DNA of 64,000 nt from Tricharina praecox. Taxonomy: Eukaryota. A program made the translations under genes and the position numbers. The stretch is taken from positions 1,426,001 to 1,490,000 of the forward strand of contig NW_026250408.1 in the NCBI RefSeq assembly GCF_024521635.1, written 5' to 3'. Of the stretch, positions 38,415 through 51,133 are shown one piece after another; position 1 is the first letter of the stretch, and each line of letters starts with the position of its first letter. Below the pieces are notes generated by a model, which was not told where the DNA came from, made no database searches, and was given only the letters and a program-made list of their open reading frames with translations.

Positions 38415-41400
38415 TACGATTCATCTCTGTTCTTGTATATACTTTTTGCGTTTCGTTTCGTTTCGTTGGTTTTGAGTTTTGTTTAGTTTTCGATCATATG
38501 GGCATAGTTACCAGGCATAGTTACTGGGCATGGCTTGCGGGGAGGCGGGTGCGGGAGTTTGTGGTGGCATTGGATGGCATTGGGAGCGTAATCTGTACTT
38601 TCTTTAACTTTTATCTTCTGTGTATTGAAATTTGAGGTTTGACTTATTGTGGATATTGGGGCTTGAGAATGGAGGAGGTGGGGGGTAGTTACTCTTGAAT
38701 CTTGAGCTGTTTCTGGAGGGGGCGTGGATTGAATTGAATTGAAGTGTACTGTGTACCTGCTTCGTGGGAATGTCACAGTGAAGAAATAAGGCGGTGAAGT
38801 CGGAGAATTTTGCGCAGGCAGGCTGGAGAATCGTGGCAGGAGAATCGTTCCTCAGCTACATGGAATCACTACTGGGACTGGTTAGGTTTGCTTCTAATAC
38901 GAGTGGTTGTGAAGCAACACCCGTCCAGGCAAGGCAGTGAATGTAATGAGAACGGCGAGACGCCATGTTGTTGCGGATATTCAAGATACCTACGATAGGT
39001 ATCACTCGTGTTGAAGCGACGCTACGGACAGTCAGTCGGTAGCCCAGACAGAGCGAGTAGCTACATACCTACTCCATAGTTTGGTCACAGGATAGCCCTC
39101 GCCCTCGCGAGTCGCGAATACTGTGAAGTGCATGCTTTCACCCGGCTACCGGGGAGGGTGCATGTATCACATGTAGAGCACGTGGCGGTACGATACGCCG
39201 GTGCGGTGGAGGCGTCGTCTATACAGTACAATACAGTACAGTACAGCACAGCAAGAGCATGCATGCGCGGGTGCCGTGGATGAATCATGAGAGGACTCGT
39301 TCGTGCGGCACTGCGGTACTGCGGTGCAAGCGGGTTTCACCGGTGCGGTTCCGCCAATGTTGCTGTTGCTGTTGATGGCCGGCTTGGTTCCGCCGCTCGC
39401 ATGAGGCGGATCGGACTTGGTTGTCGCGCTAGGGATTTCAAGTGAGTTTCCCGAGGCTGATGGGCTTTTTTTTTGTCTAATCAGTGCAGCCATGATCAAC
39501 CAAGGTCGAATGCAATGATGATTGAATTACAAAAAGGAACCGGCATCACAAGGTGTGTGTCACGTGATAACAACTACCGAGTGATATCACATACTCCACC
39601 CGTGATGCAAAAAACCAAAAACCATCACCACCCCCGCCGGCGGGTGGCTTGGAAACATCAAGAGCCGAATACATAGGGCATTCACCCAGTTTTGAACCGA
39701 GAACTTTTCCTCAGCTCCCCTCGCCGATTGTATTGCGTGGCCCTAAACCACTGGAGCACGCGGGGTTTTTTCCGTGCTGGAAACAAGAACTTGAAAAATA
39801 TGAAGTGGTGGGTGCCCCCCCCGCGATGGACAAGAACAATGACGGAGTGCCGCCCGCCTTGATGTCCGCCCCACCCAGTTGTCACTGACCGCTGGCCAAG
39901 AGCTCTATACCGGTTCCCTATTACTCTCCGCCCAGCCCTCCCTATATGCTCAACCCACCCTCTTCTTCGTCCCTTGCGCTGCAAAGGTACATCGTCCCGC
40001 TCAACCCTTGTTGCTCAATACCGGCAACAAAGAGAAGAAAAATAACGATACAAAGAAAGAAAATCCAACCAGACCTTCAACGGGCTGCCCCGTGTGGCTT
40101 CCCCCGCAGGCTGCCCTCCGCCCTGGCCTGTGGCCAGGGATACATACAAGTTGAGCCACCAAAGAAATGACACTACATACGAAAAGACAGGATCCGCAGC
40201 CTACTCCACCTCGCCACCTTCCTCTCCATCAGAATCTGCCATGAAGGAACACGCAGTGGGTAGTACATAGCAGCGGGAGTGGCCCCGGCTCCTCAACCTC
40301 TTCCTTGCCTCCTCCGCTGGTTCTTTTTTTTCTGTCCATTCATTGATCGCATGCGACCTACCAATCTAATTCATGGCAATATCTATCCAGTCACCGCCCC
40401 GTTTCCTCGCCACTCACTGTCCGACCCGATTTTCATCGAGTGGCCCGATGGGGCTTTCCCAGCAATGTATGAGCGCTCCAAGGAAATGAGTGCTCCAAAG
40501 AAATGACACTAGGAAAGACCAAATTCCACTCCCGAGACTTGTCCCTACCTCACCGCAGGCCCTTGGTCGAGGCTGAGTGGGCCGAACTGAGACGTATTCT
40601 CGCTGTCGTGAATTGGCGTCGAGTGATGGCAGATGGAGCGGAGGGTACTCGGCTAATTTATAGCATGTAGTACATACCGGTACTCTCCTCCCACACACTA
40701 CACATGACAGCTTTCGTCGTGGCGATTTTGCCGGACGTGTGTCGCCGCGACTATATGTGCTGTATGTACTCAGTGTTCTAGGTTACACCGCGCAGTGGTG
40801 GTGGTGATGGTCGTGGTGCTGGTGATGGTCGTGGTGCTGGTGATGGTCGTGGTGGGTAGTGCACTCGTGGCGTAGCGGTTGAAGGTTCAGGCCCCAGGGC
40901 CAGGGCCAGGGTCGTGTCACTGTCGGCTACTGTTAGTAAGCACTCTACTGTTCTACTCGAGATAGCCAGGGAGGAAACGACATGGGCACAGGATACTCTA
41001 GTTACCTAGCCTATAGAGCGCATGCAGAGGCGATAGAGCGATACGACTTAATCTCCGAATACGGGGTCCAGCTAGAGCCTGGAGACTCGATGTTAACTCT
41101 ACCATCGATCGAATCAATGAATTTTGCCGCCCGTAAGCTCTGCTCGCCGTCTTGACTCTTCACGATGGGAACACCAACTCTCTCTTTACGATGAACGGGG
41201 GAAGCGGTGCGAATCACTGAATTTCTAATAGACACGTGCTGCGCGCCCGTAACGTACTCTGCTGTGCTCTCTCTCTCGCCCGCTCGCTTTTTCCCCACCG
41301 CTGCTACTCATCGCCCCCCGCCCCCATCCCCCATCCCCCATCGATAGGATCCGGTTTGTACCTATTTACGCTTGCCACTTCATCACTTCGCGACTCTACT

Positions 41401-43542
41401 CTAGTTTTCCGTATATACATACATATATAGATGCGCCTCGTACCAGTAGGTATCTAGCGTACCTTCTTCACCGGAGCGGAGCCGGGGCCGACTTATCCGG
41501 TCCTTCGCAGGTTCGCTCGCTTCGGGTGCATATCTAGAGCGGTCTGCTAACCTGTAAAAGGTCACGGACAACACCCCACTACTCTCGAGTACCGTACCAG
41601 AGTTAGGCGGACACCGACACACAGACAGACGAACAGATGAACACGATGGTGTGGTGTGCCAGGTGTGGTGGACTTGGGTGGTGTTGGTGGGTGGGTGGGT
41701 GGAGAGGAAACAAGTAATCGAACAAATGCGCAGGCGGGGAAGCCCGAGCTGCGCACTTCTTTGATTTTTTCTTGATTGTCGATATTCTCTTGGTGCGCTC
41801 GGCGTGGCGGAACTGTGTTACCGATGTTGCAACCCAAACCCTGAAGTTTGGATTCGCGACAGGAGGGTTGTGATAGGTGAATGGTGATATGTAGGTGAGT
41901 GCCGAGCGGATTCATATCGCTACCTGCTCTATTTCGATCTTACGTGCCAAGTGTCTCTGAAGTGTGAACGAGATCGGGGATTCGGGGAGTCGGGGGGACA
42001 CAGGCACACAGTTGCAGTGTCACACGGGTGACAGCTCGGGCTCGGGCTGAGGAGTGGTTTGGCGCTTTGTCTGTACTGTGGTTGGATGTGCGGAAATCAG
42101 TACGGTAGGTACTCTAGATGTACTCAACCAGGTGTGTCTTCCGGAGCCGTGGTAGAGTCCCGATTTCGTGAGTGAGTGGAAACTTTGGGTATAGCGAGGC
42201 TGCGGCCGTGATGTCGAAATTTGAAAACAGCGTTCGGACTTCAGAACGACCGGTCTCGGTCGATTCGAGGAGCCATTGGTAGCCGCCTTGCTTTGAAGAC
42301 GAGACCGCAATTCCATCGTTGGATGTCTCGAGAGTGGAACGGCGGATACTGGATTGGACAGCAGGCGAATAACCAGACCCTCAGCCTGGGAAATTCCGAA
42401 CAGCACTTTCCAGCCTCCAGCCGCAAATCACACATACCCGCTCCTCCAATTACCCTCGAAGGCCGCGTGCGGCGTGTGAGACCCCCAATGCCCACTGCAC
42501 CGTGCGTGACGACGAGGAAACACTCCGGCCGGCTGTCATGTGTAGGATAGGATATGTATTGTACGTAGGAACATCGACGGCGGCTCTGTAGGTGGGGTAC
42601 TGGTGAGTAGCATGGCATGGCGTAGCACCGGCGGGATCGACATGAGGGTGCGAGACGAGTGCTTTATATCCATCTAAACCTCGGTGCTGGAATGGTGGAT
42701 GTTTCTGTCAACCATGAAGATCGAGCATATCTGGTGGCGTTCGCGATGGCTGGGGCCTGCGGGTAAGAACCTGGGATTGGGACTGGGAAGGACTCGAGAC
42801 TCGCGAGTCAGGACTCAGGACTCAGAAGTCAGAGAAGGAGAAGGGCCATCTATTCCTGGACCTAGCAGCCTCAAGGCGGATGCGGATCATGGGATGGACG
42901 TTGTTTGTGGGATGCACTTGGATTGCGAGCATTTCAGTCACAGTCGCATCCGGCCTGACCAAACTATGGTTATTTGAGAGGCAAGAGAGAGAGGGAGATG
43001 AGGCGAGTCCTCGACCATCGGCCGGGCATTCGCCGCCGTCGAGTGACGACGAATGGGGTAGTTACTGCGCACGCTTCGAAGGTCAGGACGCTGCTCGTGA
43101 TCCCCAGCGAGTATATCGTAGATCCTATTAGTAGTGCACTTGTTCCGCCTCATCTATCGCCTTGCCAACCCTCCCAGCGTCGAGAGAGAGAGAGAGAGTG
43201 GGGTCGCAGCCGGCGTGCTCACCGACAGTCCGTGCAACACCCGATGCGAAACCGAGCCAATCCCCGCCAGACGCTGCAGTACTGTAGGCGCCCACGACGG
43301 TGATTGGTCCATCACTGGATGCAGCAACCGAAAGTCCTCAAGTGCATGCCCAGCCACGGCTGAGATGTTCGTTCTCGTGTTCACTGCCTAAAATACCGGT
43401 GGCTGCCAACCCCCCCCCCCCCCCCCCCCATCCTTGGCCTTTAGGCTCCGAAGCATTTATCGCCTCTATCATATGTACCTACCTACACTCGACTCCGCTC
43501 ACTCGCTTCGCAAAAGAATCACAACCCCGCGACACGGCAGCT

Positions 43543-44912
43543 ATGGCGACTCTCTGGACGTTTGTTGGATTGGCCGCGACGATGGCGACCGCAATGCCGT
43601 GGGACGGTGCGAACCCGACGAAGCCCGTCAACGACCCGCTGGGCTGGACGCCGCTCCCAACCGAGGCGCCGTTCCCGCTGTACGGCGGAGAGATGGTGCC
43701 CATGCCCGGAAAGCACATCTTCGCCAGAGCCTTCTCCGACCAGCTGTGCGGTTACATCAGCAACGACTCAGGTGAGAGAGCATGCTTCCTTGTTGCTGGC
43801 CGACCGACAGTGACTGATTGTGGGATTCGTAGGGCGTCCGTGGACTTGCGAGTACAGTCTGGCGACTTGCACCACCGGAAGCGGTGTTCTCGGGTGCTGC
43901 TATCCTGAGAGTGACACTACCGTCTGCGGATTCCGGACAGCATGTATCGTGAGTACCCATCCTCCCCAACGGTGGACGAGGGGGCTAACGGAGTGATCAG
44001 GGCTCGGCTGCCCAAGCGTCCTGCGGTGTCAGCTGTCTGTCGAACACTCTCATGAGGAAGTGGTGAGTTGTTTCCATCCCGCCGTCGCAAGCCCGGGAGC
44101 TAAAGCCATGTTCCGCGAACAGTACCGATTCGACCGCGCCGTTCTGCATCCTCTACACGGTGCCCAGCGACACCGTGAGCGTGTGGGGTTGCACGTCAAC
44201 CGCAGGCCTGACCCAGCCCGTCGCCATGAATGCCGCCATCACGATCCCCAAGGCGACATCGGTCGAGGTAGTCTCGCGCACGGCGATCGTCTTCGCCTCG
44301 TCCGACATCGGGGTGTCGCCGGCCTCGGGTTCCGCCTCGGCCTCACTGGGCGGCGCCGTTACGGAGCCCACATCGGGAGGAGGCGGCGGGAAATCCAACG
44401 TTGGCGCGATCGCGGGAGGAGTCGTCGGCGGTCTCGCCGTGATCGTCGTCGGCGCGCTCGGCATCTTTCTCGTCCTCTCGCGCCGCAAGAAGCGGGCTGC
44501 CATCGCCGCCGCCGCCGCCGTAGCCCCCAACCACCACGTGCCCTACCAACCCGACATGCCCGCCGCGCAACAGCCCATGCTCCAGCACCAGCAACCCCCG
44601 ATGCAGCAGCCAATGTACTCCGGCGGCAGCTACAGCGACCAGCCGTGGAACAACCAGGTGTACGCCGCGCCGCCGCCGCAGATGATGCACCCGCAACAAC
44701 AGCAGCAGGAGTCCTTCGGCTACAAGTACCAGCCCTCGGAGCTGCCCACACCCGTCTCCGCGCAGACGCACTACGACTCGCAATCGCCCGCGCCGTACCA
44801 CCAGCCCGAACAGCAGCACGGATACTACGGGCCGCCGCAGCAGCAGTATAATGGTCAGCCTCAGCAGCAGTATAATGGCCCGCCGCCGACGGAGCTGCCG
44901 GAACGATACTAG
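43543..44912 (+). CDS. Single-pass cell-surface protein A: signal peptide, 12-Cys ectodomain, S/T stalk, Mid2/SKG6-like TM, P/Q/Y-rich tail; ~398 aa, 4 exons (43543-43771, 43833-43948, 44001-44062, 44123-44912)
   Basis: Three canonical introns (GTGAGA/GTGAGT/GTGAGT donors, CTGAT/CTAAC/CTAAA branches, YAG acceptors) give an open frame. The TM segment GAIAGGVVGGLAVIVVGALGIFLVL is followed by a RRKKR stop-transfer. Confidence 0.88.
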
Positions 44913-46557
44913 GTACGATGCGGGAGCTGGAGATGTGTGTTTTTATTTTCCATTTTGTGCGCCGCAAGGGAGGGTCGGAGTTAGGGGCTGGTCTGGACTT
45001 GTGACATCTGTATTTTCTATCTCTTTTTTCTTCTTGTTTCTTTCTGTTTTTCTTTTGCTTGCATTTCTGCAGCATTTTTCTTTTTCTTGTTTCTTTTTCT
45101 CTGATTCCTTTGATTCCTTTCACAGCGTGATGCAAGTCTGTATTCACATAATGTACTTAGATACCGAACCACTCAAGCAAGTAAGTACTGTATAGAACAA
45201 GGAGGGTGGAAATTTACTGTGGCGCGATGGCACTGACGATGGGCGCATCTTGAGGTTGCAGTGATGTTACAGCAGTGACGCGCTGAGAGGCTGTGAATTC
45301 ATCACCAACCCCCATCGTTACAGAATTACTTGGTTACACTTTGTCTCGCACCAGCCGTATCGTTTGCTAGTGGGGCGGAGCTTACCTCGCATCATTGCCG
45401 ATATGTAGTGGTAGCGGAGTACCGGCAGAGGAACTCGACGACAACTATGTACCGCGTAACGAGCTCGCGAGTCGTGAGTGTCCGGTGCTCGACGAAAACG
45501 TAGAATCCCAAGTCACCCAGCTCGAGCCCACAATCGTGGCAACTGGCAAGTTCTTCACGGGAACCCGTCGGACTCGGAGAGCGCTTATCGCTAACAGACT
45601 CCAGTTGACCGGACTCAGGCGAATACCTACGTAAGCAAGTAAGTATGTAGAGCACGGTGTGAGGTGCAAGGCGTGCCCCGCTACCTATGTTCTGTGCAGT
45701 GTGGAAGCCAGATACACACCTATCCGATACTGTCGATCATTGTGGCTGTACTCTACACGGAGACGCTGCCGGGACGCAGCCGGGGAGTGGGGCGGGTACG
45801 GTACCTATGAGATGTCCTGGACTCCTCCCAGTCCCAGACTCCTAGGAGAAATGCCGGTAGGCAAAGTAGGGTAGAGTAGAGTACCGCACGCGTATGTAGA
45901 GTATTTCGCATTTCGCATTTCGCAGTTTGCAGCTCGCACTCCATTCGTGGATATTTTTGGAACCAGCTAGCAGCACTCGGTGCGCGCGACATCGCCAAGT
46001 CTGAGGACTCGAATCGTGGAGACACGGAAATGGAGTCTTCAAACGGCCAGTGCAGGGCGCCGAGCCGGATTCCGGTTTGTGTGCTGCACGTAACTCGACT
46101 ACCTACTGTGGTAACTCGACTGTTTTCGGCCCGGACCTGATATGCGTTCGGCTCCCGAGTCCAGAGTCCAGTGTATCTACCTCATACGCCGCATACACAC
46201 GATGGGGAGGGTGTTACCCATCGGCTTCAGAAGCTCCGCAGAGACTCCTACTCCAGAGTCCAGAGCCCACCCGATTTCCTCTCCTTCCAGAGGTCGGATG
46301 CTTGTCGATACTTGTTCGAGGGAGGGCGATCCGACGGTCCAGCTCATGGGCACATACTCCAGTCACTGGTGGACCGTGGCAGTTAGAGTACCTCGTACCG
46401 ATATACTACCTAGTATCGACTTATTGGTAGATGTTGTGGTATGACGTGCTTGTATGACTCTCGCGCCCGGGAAGGGAAGTGGGCGGCGAAGGGTTGAGAC
46501 TTTAGTTGACTAACTGCACAGGGAGAAGGGGAGGGGCTGGCGGGAAGGGCAGGCGAA

Positions 46558-46650
46558 AGGGAAGGGAGGGGAAGGGAAGGGAGGGGAAGGGAAGGGAGGG
46601 GAAGGGAAGGGAAGGGAGGGGAAGGGAAGGGAAGGGAGGGGAAGGGGAAC
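46558..46650. repeat. Polypurine (GGGAA/GGGAG)n tract
   Basis: About 90 nt of uninterrupted G/A pentamer repeats. Confidence 0.95.
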
Positions 46651-47245
46651 GGGTAACCAACCCCCCGCACTTGCCACCCCCTCCAACCCTCCAATCCGAT
46701 CTTTCGACCGACCGCCTGCGAGGTCATGTTTTGTCACTCCCACACATCTACACAATACGATACGGTAGTACCCCCCGTCCAGTATGTACATACGGTGGAT
46801 CGTATTCATTTGTTCGTCGCCGCCCCCCAAATGTCCAATGCCCATAGCGAATCCCCGCTTACGTATCTATGTGTAGGAGAGTAGGCAGATCTCAAGAGTC
46901 GAGACGGAGAATAGATCCTCCCTGACTCCCTGAATCCTGGTGAGTCGAGCCGCCGTCGCCCACGGTCCACGGAGCCCGCTGGAGGCTGGATGCCTGGAGT
47001 ACGGTACCCCTGACTCTGCGGCCTCCCGTTCGGATATTGCGTGTATCATACCAGCACCAGCCTCATCAGCAGGCGGGAATACGGTGCCTCAGACCTCGGA
47101 CCTGTGCCCGTGATACCGGTAATCGGCATCGTCGTATCTACTCTACCTATGCAGGGACGGAGTGAGGGACGGAATGGGGATCCAAAAAACCCGTGCACAG
47201 ACGACGTCCGCCGCCGGGTTTCGGTTGACAGTTCGCGGTGATCTC

Positions 47246-47465
47246 GAAGAATGGAAGATCCGAAGATCTGAAGAATGGAAGATCCAGTGAACAGGCGACG
47301 CCAGGTCTCGGTAGCGAGTTCGTGGCTGTGGAAAGGATCGCGGAGAACGAAAGATCCGAAGAATCGAAGATCCGAAGAATGAAACATCCGAAGAATTAAA
47401 GATCCATTGGACGGTCTCGGTAGCGAGTTCGCCGCCGTGGAACGGATCACGAGAAACGAAGAACC
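47246..47465. repeat. Compound repeat: 16-bp GAAGAATGGAAGATCC-like units nested in a ~109-bp duplication
   Basis: GGTCTCGGTAGCGAGTTCG..GC.GTGGAA.GGATC.CG occurs at 47304 and 47413, each preceded by runs of GAAGAAT.(G/A)AAGATCC. Confidence 0.85.
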
Positions 47466-47972
47466 AGCGGACCGTCTGAAGAATGTCTCGTTGAACTTGT
47501 GAGCCAGCTGCCAGCCGCCCACGTATCCAGTTGCACCTTCGCTATTAGTAGTAGCGCTGCGTGAGCACTGAGCAGGCAACAATACTCACGCTCTACTGTA
47601 CTCTATAGTAGTACCGGTATTATTAGATGGTTGGTACGCTCACCACCAACTCCACGCTCTTCAAGTCCCAATCCCCACTCGCAACTCGCAACTCGGGTGG
47701 GACTCCCTGCAGACAACAACCGAGAGCCAGGTTACACCATGGGTAGTGCCTCTTCTGCGCGCTATTCGCCTGCACGCCGTCAGACGCTTGGCACAGCTGC
47801 ATTCGGAGGCCTCCACGAAAAAACAAATGACCAAGCACCCCCAACAATAAAGAGCGCCCCAGCTCCTCCTCCTCGCGCGGGTGCTGAAAAAAGGGTCTGC
47901 CCACCAGATACTTCGATTCCGACAGATCCCGGTCCTCGATAGACACCCTTCAAGGAACTCAACATACACACG

Positions 47973-49219
47973 ATGGCACTCGCGAGTTGGATATGTCTGT
48001 TGTACTCGGTCTCGCTGGCCGCCGCCAAGGTCAAATGGGATGCTCCGACCAGTACCAAGCCCGACGCCGGCCCATTCGGTTACATGGATATCCCGAGGCC
48101 GACGACCGCGCCTGCGTTCCGAAATCCGCACGGCCTTAGGAAACGAGCCGCGAGCGATCAAGTGTGTGGATATATCAGCAGTGTTCATCGTAAGCTCCCC
48201 CTCCGGATTGACACCGAGTGATGGCTGTGTTACTGACTGGCGTCCCTTGGCAGTCCCCGAGTTCGAGTAGGATTCCACCTCTCCCCCGTGTACCGTTCGT
48301 TCGTTCGTTCTGACCAAGATAAAAAAGAGTCTCCTGCGGCGTATCGTTCACCTGCACAAGCCACAGCTCTCTTCCCGTCCTCGGCTGCTGCTACCAAAAC
48401 GACTACTGCAATTTCGACACTACGTGTTATGACTCGACCGCGTGCGGAACGGCGTGTATCTCGACCGCCGGGTCGCTGACACTCGTCTGGTATGTACATA
48501 AATTATACCTACCTCTCCTCCATCCCTCGCGATGGCCTTTTCTCACGTCCACCAGCTCCGACTCCGCGCTCCCCTACTGCGCCAGCTACGCCGGCACCAA
48601 CTCCCTCCTGATCCTGATCTGCGCCACAGCGTCCACCAGCGGGCTGCAACCATTCGAGGTAAAATCCTTCACTTCGAAGCCGAGCTCCAGCACGCCCGCA
48701 TCCACGCCCGCCGACGCGACCACGCTACCGGGCAGCGGTCTCTCCCTCGAGTCCACCACCTCCGCCGCCAGCGTCCCCACCGCTCCCGCCGGCAGCAGCA
48801 ACAACAGCACCTCAACCAACACCGGCGCGATTGCCGGCGGCGTGGTCGGCGGCGTCGCCGTCATCGCCATCGGCCTGCTGGGGTTCTTCCTGATCCGGCG
48901 GCGCAGCAAGAAGAGCGCCTCCGCCTCCGCCTCCGCGGCCGCTGGCTACCCGCCCGTCGGACCCGGCCCCCAGCCGCAGCCGGGCGTCGGATACTACCCC
49001 ACCAACGATAAGGCGGGCGTTAACCAGCAGCAGCAGCACATGCCAATGCCGATTCCCGGCTCCCCGCCGCCGCAGCAGCTGTATGGCGGCGGTGGTTACC
49101 CCCAGCAGCAGCCGCAGTACTCGCCGCCCATACAGGCGATGCAGCAGCCGCTGATGTATCAGCAGCCCCCTCCACAGCCGCCCCCGGCGGAGTTGGGGAC
49201 TTATGAGCAGAGGACTTGA
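47973..49219 (+). CDS. Single-pass cell-surface protein B, paralog of protein A; ~351 aa, 4 exons (47973-48189, 48254-48266 micro-exon, 48328-48489, 48556-49219)
   Basis: Signal peptide, LRKR Kex2-like site, SDQVCGYIS, VLGCCY, 12 ectodomain Cys, S/T stalk, TM GAIAGGVVGGVAVIAIGLLGFFLI-RRRSKK and a P/Q/Y tail ending PPAEL. The exon 2/3 junction is the least certain part. Confidence 0.85.
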
Positions 49220-50691
49220 TTGATTTTTTTTTTGGGGGGGGGGGGATAATGTGTCGGCGAGATATGCTGTTTTGTCACTTGTGCAGGGTTTTGGGGGGGA
49301 GTCTAGCTGCAGTTTGCACGGGCCTGTTTGCATGGGAAAGGTGCGAGAACAAAGGTGCGGGAATCGAGGATTAAGATGTGCGGAACCTTTTTTTCTTCTT
49401 TCTTCTTTCTTCTTTCTTGTATCTATGTATGTACAAATCACGAATCGAATGGAATCGGAGTACTTAATATATGAAGTGGAACTGTGGAAGGAGGAATCGT
49501 AGTAGGGGGCTGCGCTACTCACTTGAGACTCGAGTGTCCCGATTGAAGCGAGCTCCACGGTCGAAGCCCTCGGTAAAGTACATACGCGGGCCAAGTTGAA
49601 GAGCTGAACTTTGAAGGACTAGGCGAAGTCAAATCGCATCGCTTTGCACGTCCATAAAAGTACGAAATTCGCCGTGAGGGAGTATGCATGTGCCGGTCGA
49701 CGGGCCACGATACAACGACACAAACCCTCCACTGCGACCAGGCCTTCCCTATGTACTCTACCCAGGTAGGCCGAACTTCGAAGACAGGGCCGAAGACAAG
49801 GCCGCATACCCGCCCCCAAGCCGGGAGGGGAGCCGGGGGATATATGTCTGAGACTTGGATATTCGACTATCTGTCCATCGTTTATACTCCGTACTCGTGC
49901 AGATCCGCAAGGCTACTAACTGCCAGCGAAACTGCATCACGCGCAGTCACTCACAGTTAGTCACCGCCGGTCACTCAGTCACCGTTAATCACTAGCGTGA
50001 TCAGTGGCTATCACGATCTGTGAGCAGATGAATCCTAACGGCCGCTGGGGAAGATGCAGCAAATGAGGTGTCCGAATGGGACCTCAGGGAGCGGGCAAAG
50101 AAAGAAGCGGAGCTGAGGCGCGAGGAGGACTCAGGAGGAGAGTGCTGAAGACTGAAGTTGAGGGGCCGGTGTCACTCCCGCTGTTCCTCCTCACACCTTC
50201 TTTCATAGCATTCACTTAGAAGAGGTAAGGAGCGGAAACTACATTTTCTTAATATCATTTCCTTGGTTTCTGTTTTTGTTACTTTCTGATCTCGTACATA
50301 CTACATACCTACCTAGGTAGTGGTGTAGTAGCAACGGGCCGACGCCGGACGGACGGCAATGGTAATTTCTCTCCATGATCTATGGTATCCCCTGTGGGGC
50401 TGGTACAAAAGTCGATGGTGACTCTTTCAGGTCGCCGTAGTCTTCCTACTACAGATAGTCTGCATGCTACCATCAATCGATGTTCTCAAACACACTCTCT
50501 CGCTCTACAGTCCGGATAGGCTGAATGGTTAGTGGCAGTTTTACAGTAGAACAGTCGCTCCTGGAGGGGGTGAGTGGTTACTGTTATCATCTCGTATCGG
50601 CGAGGGCATAGACTTGGGAGATACGCACCACAACACGAAATAGTCAATATCACTGGATCCTCAAGGCAACTCCCCAGAACGAGCTGCATTA

Positions 50692-50720
50692 CCCCCCCCC
50701 CCCCCCCCCCCCCCCCCCCC
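50692..50720. repeat. C29 homopolymer
   Basis: 29 consecutive C immediately beyond the duplicated 3' flank of the JmjC gene. Confidence 0.9.
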
Positions 50721-50724
50721 AGTA

Positions 50725-50995
50725 CGTAAAAAGAAACCTATCAAGTACACAAGTGCTTCCAAGTATGATACGAAAAGCTAGAAAGAAAAAAAAACAAATG
50801 CTGCCGAAATCAAACCCACAATCAAACCCCCAGATCGCCAGCAAACATCACAGAAACACAGCTGAGTTACCCCTAAGCAAAGTAAAAAAAGAAACATAAA
50901 GTACACAAAGTGCTTCCCGGTATCATACGAAAAGCTAAAAAATCTAAAAGAAAAATGATGCGAAAATCAAAACACCACAAATCGCCCCCAAACTC
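50725..50995. repeat. Diverged ~155-bp tandem duplication in the 3' flank of the JmjC gene
   Basis: AAAAGAAAC.TA..AAGTACAC(A)AAGTGCTTCC..GTAT.ATACGAAAAGCTA...AAATG.TGC..AAATCAAA occurs twice (core AAGTACAC near 50743 and 50899). Confidence 0.85.
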
Positions 50996-51133
50996 CCCCA
51001 CCGAAAACAAACGCCCCCTACGTTACCACCCAAACTCCCCCCGCTGGTAAAACCAGGCGAACAAAGAACATAAGGAAAAGCACGTAGGAAAACATTCGAA
51101 AAGCAATGGGAGTAACTGCCGTAGCGGCAGCCA

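Noticed and set aside
39649..40506. Several short + strand ORFs with protein-like composition
   Set aside because: I could not join them with consistent splice sites or recognise a domain, and codon bias is weak.
40795..40857. GGT/GAT/CGT triplet repeat that could encode a poly-His metal-binding peptide on the minus strand
   Set aside because: No start codon or splice context placing it in a gene. Treated as an 18-bp-period simple repeat.
45392..45669. Region open in several frames between the receptor-like paralogs
   Set aside because: No homology to either paralog, no recognisable motif and no complete gene model.
50041..50148. Short charged peptide-like frame (EDAANEVSEWDLRERAKKEAELRREED)
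   Set aside because: Under 40 codons with an upstream in-frame stop and no ATG. It could be a gene relic but cannot be supported.
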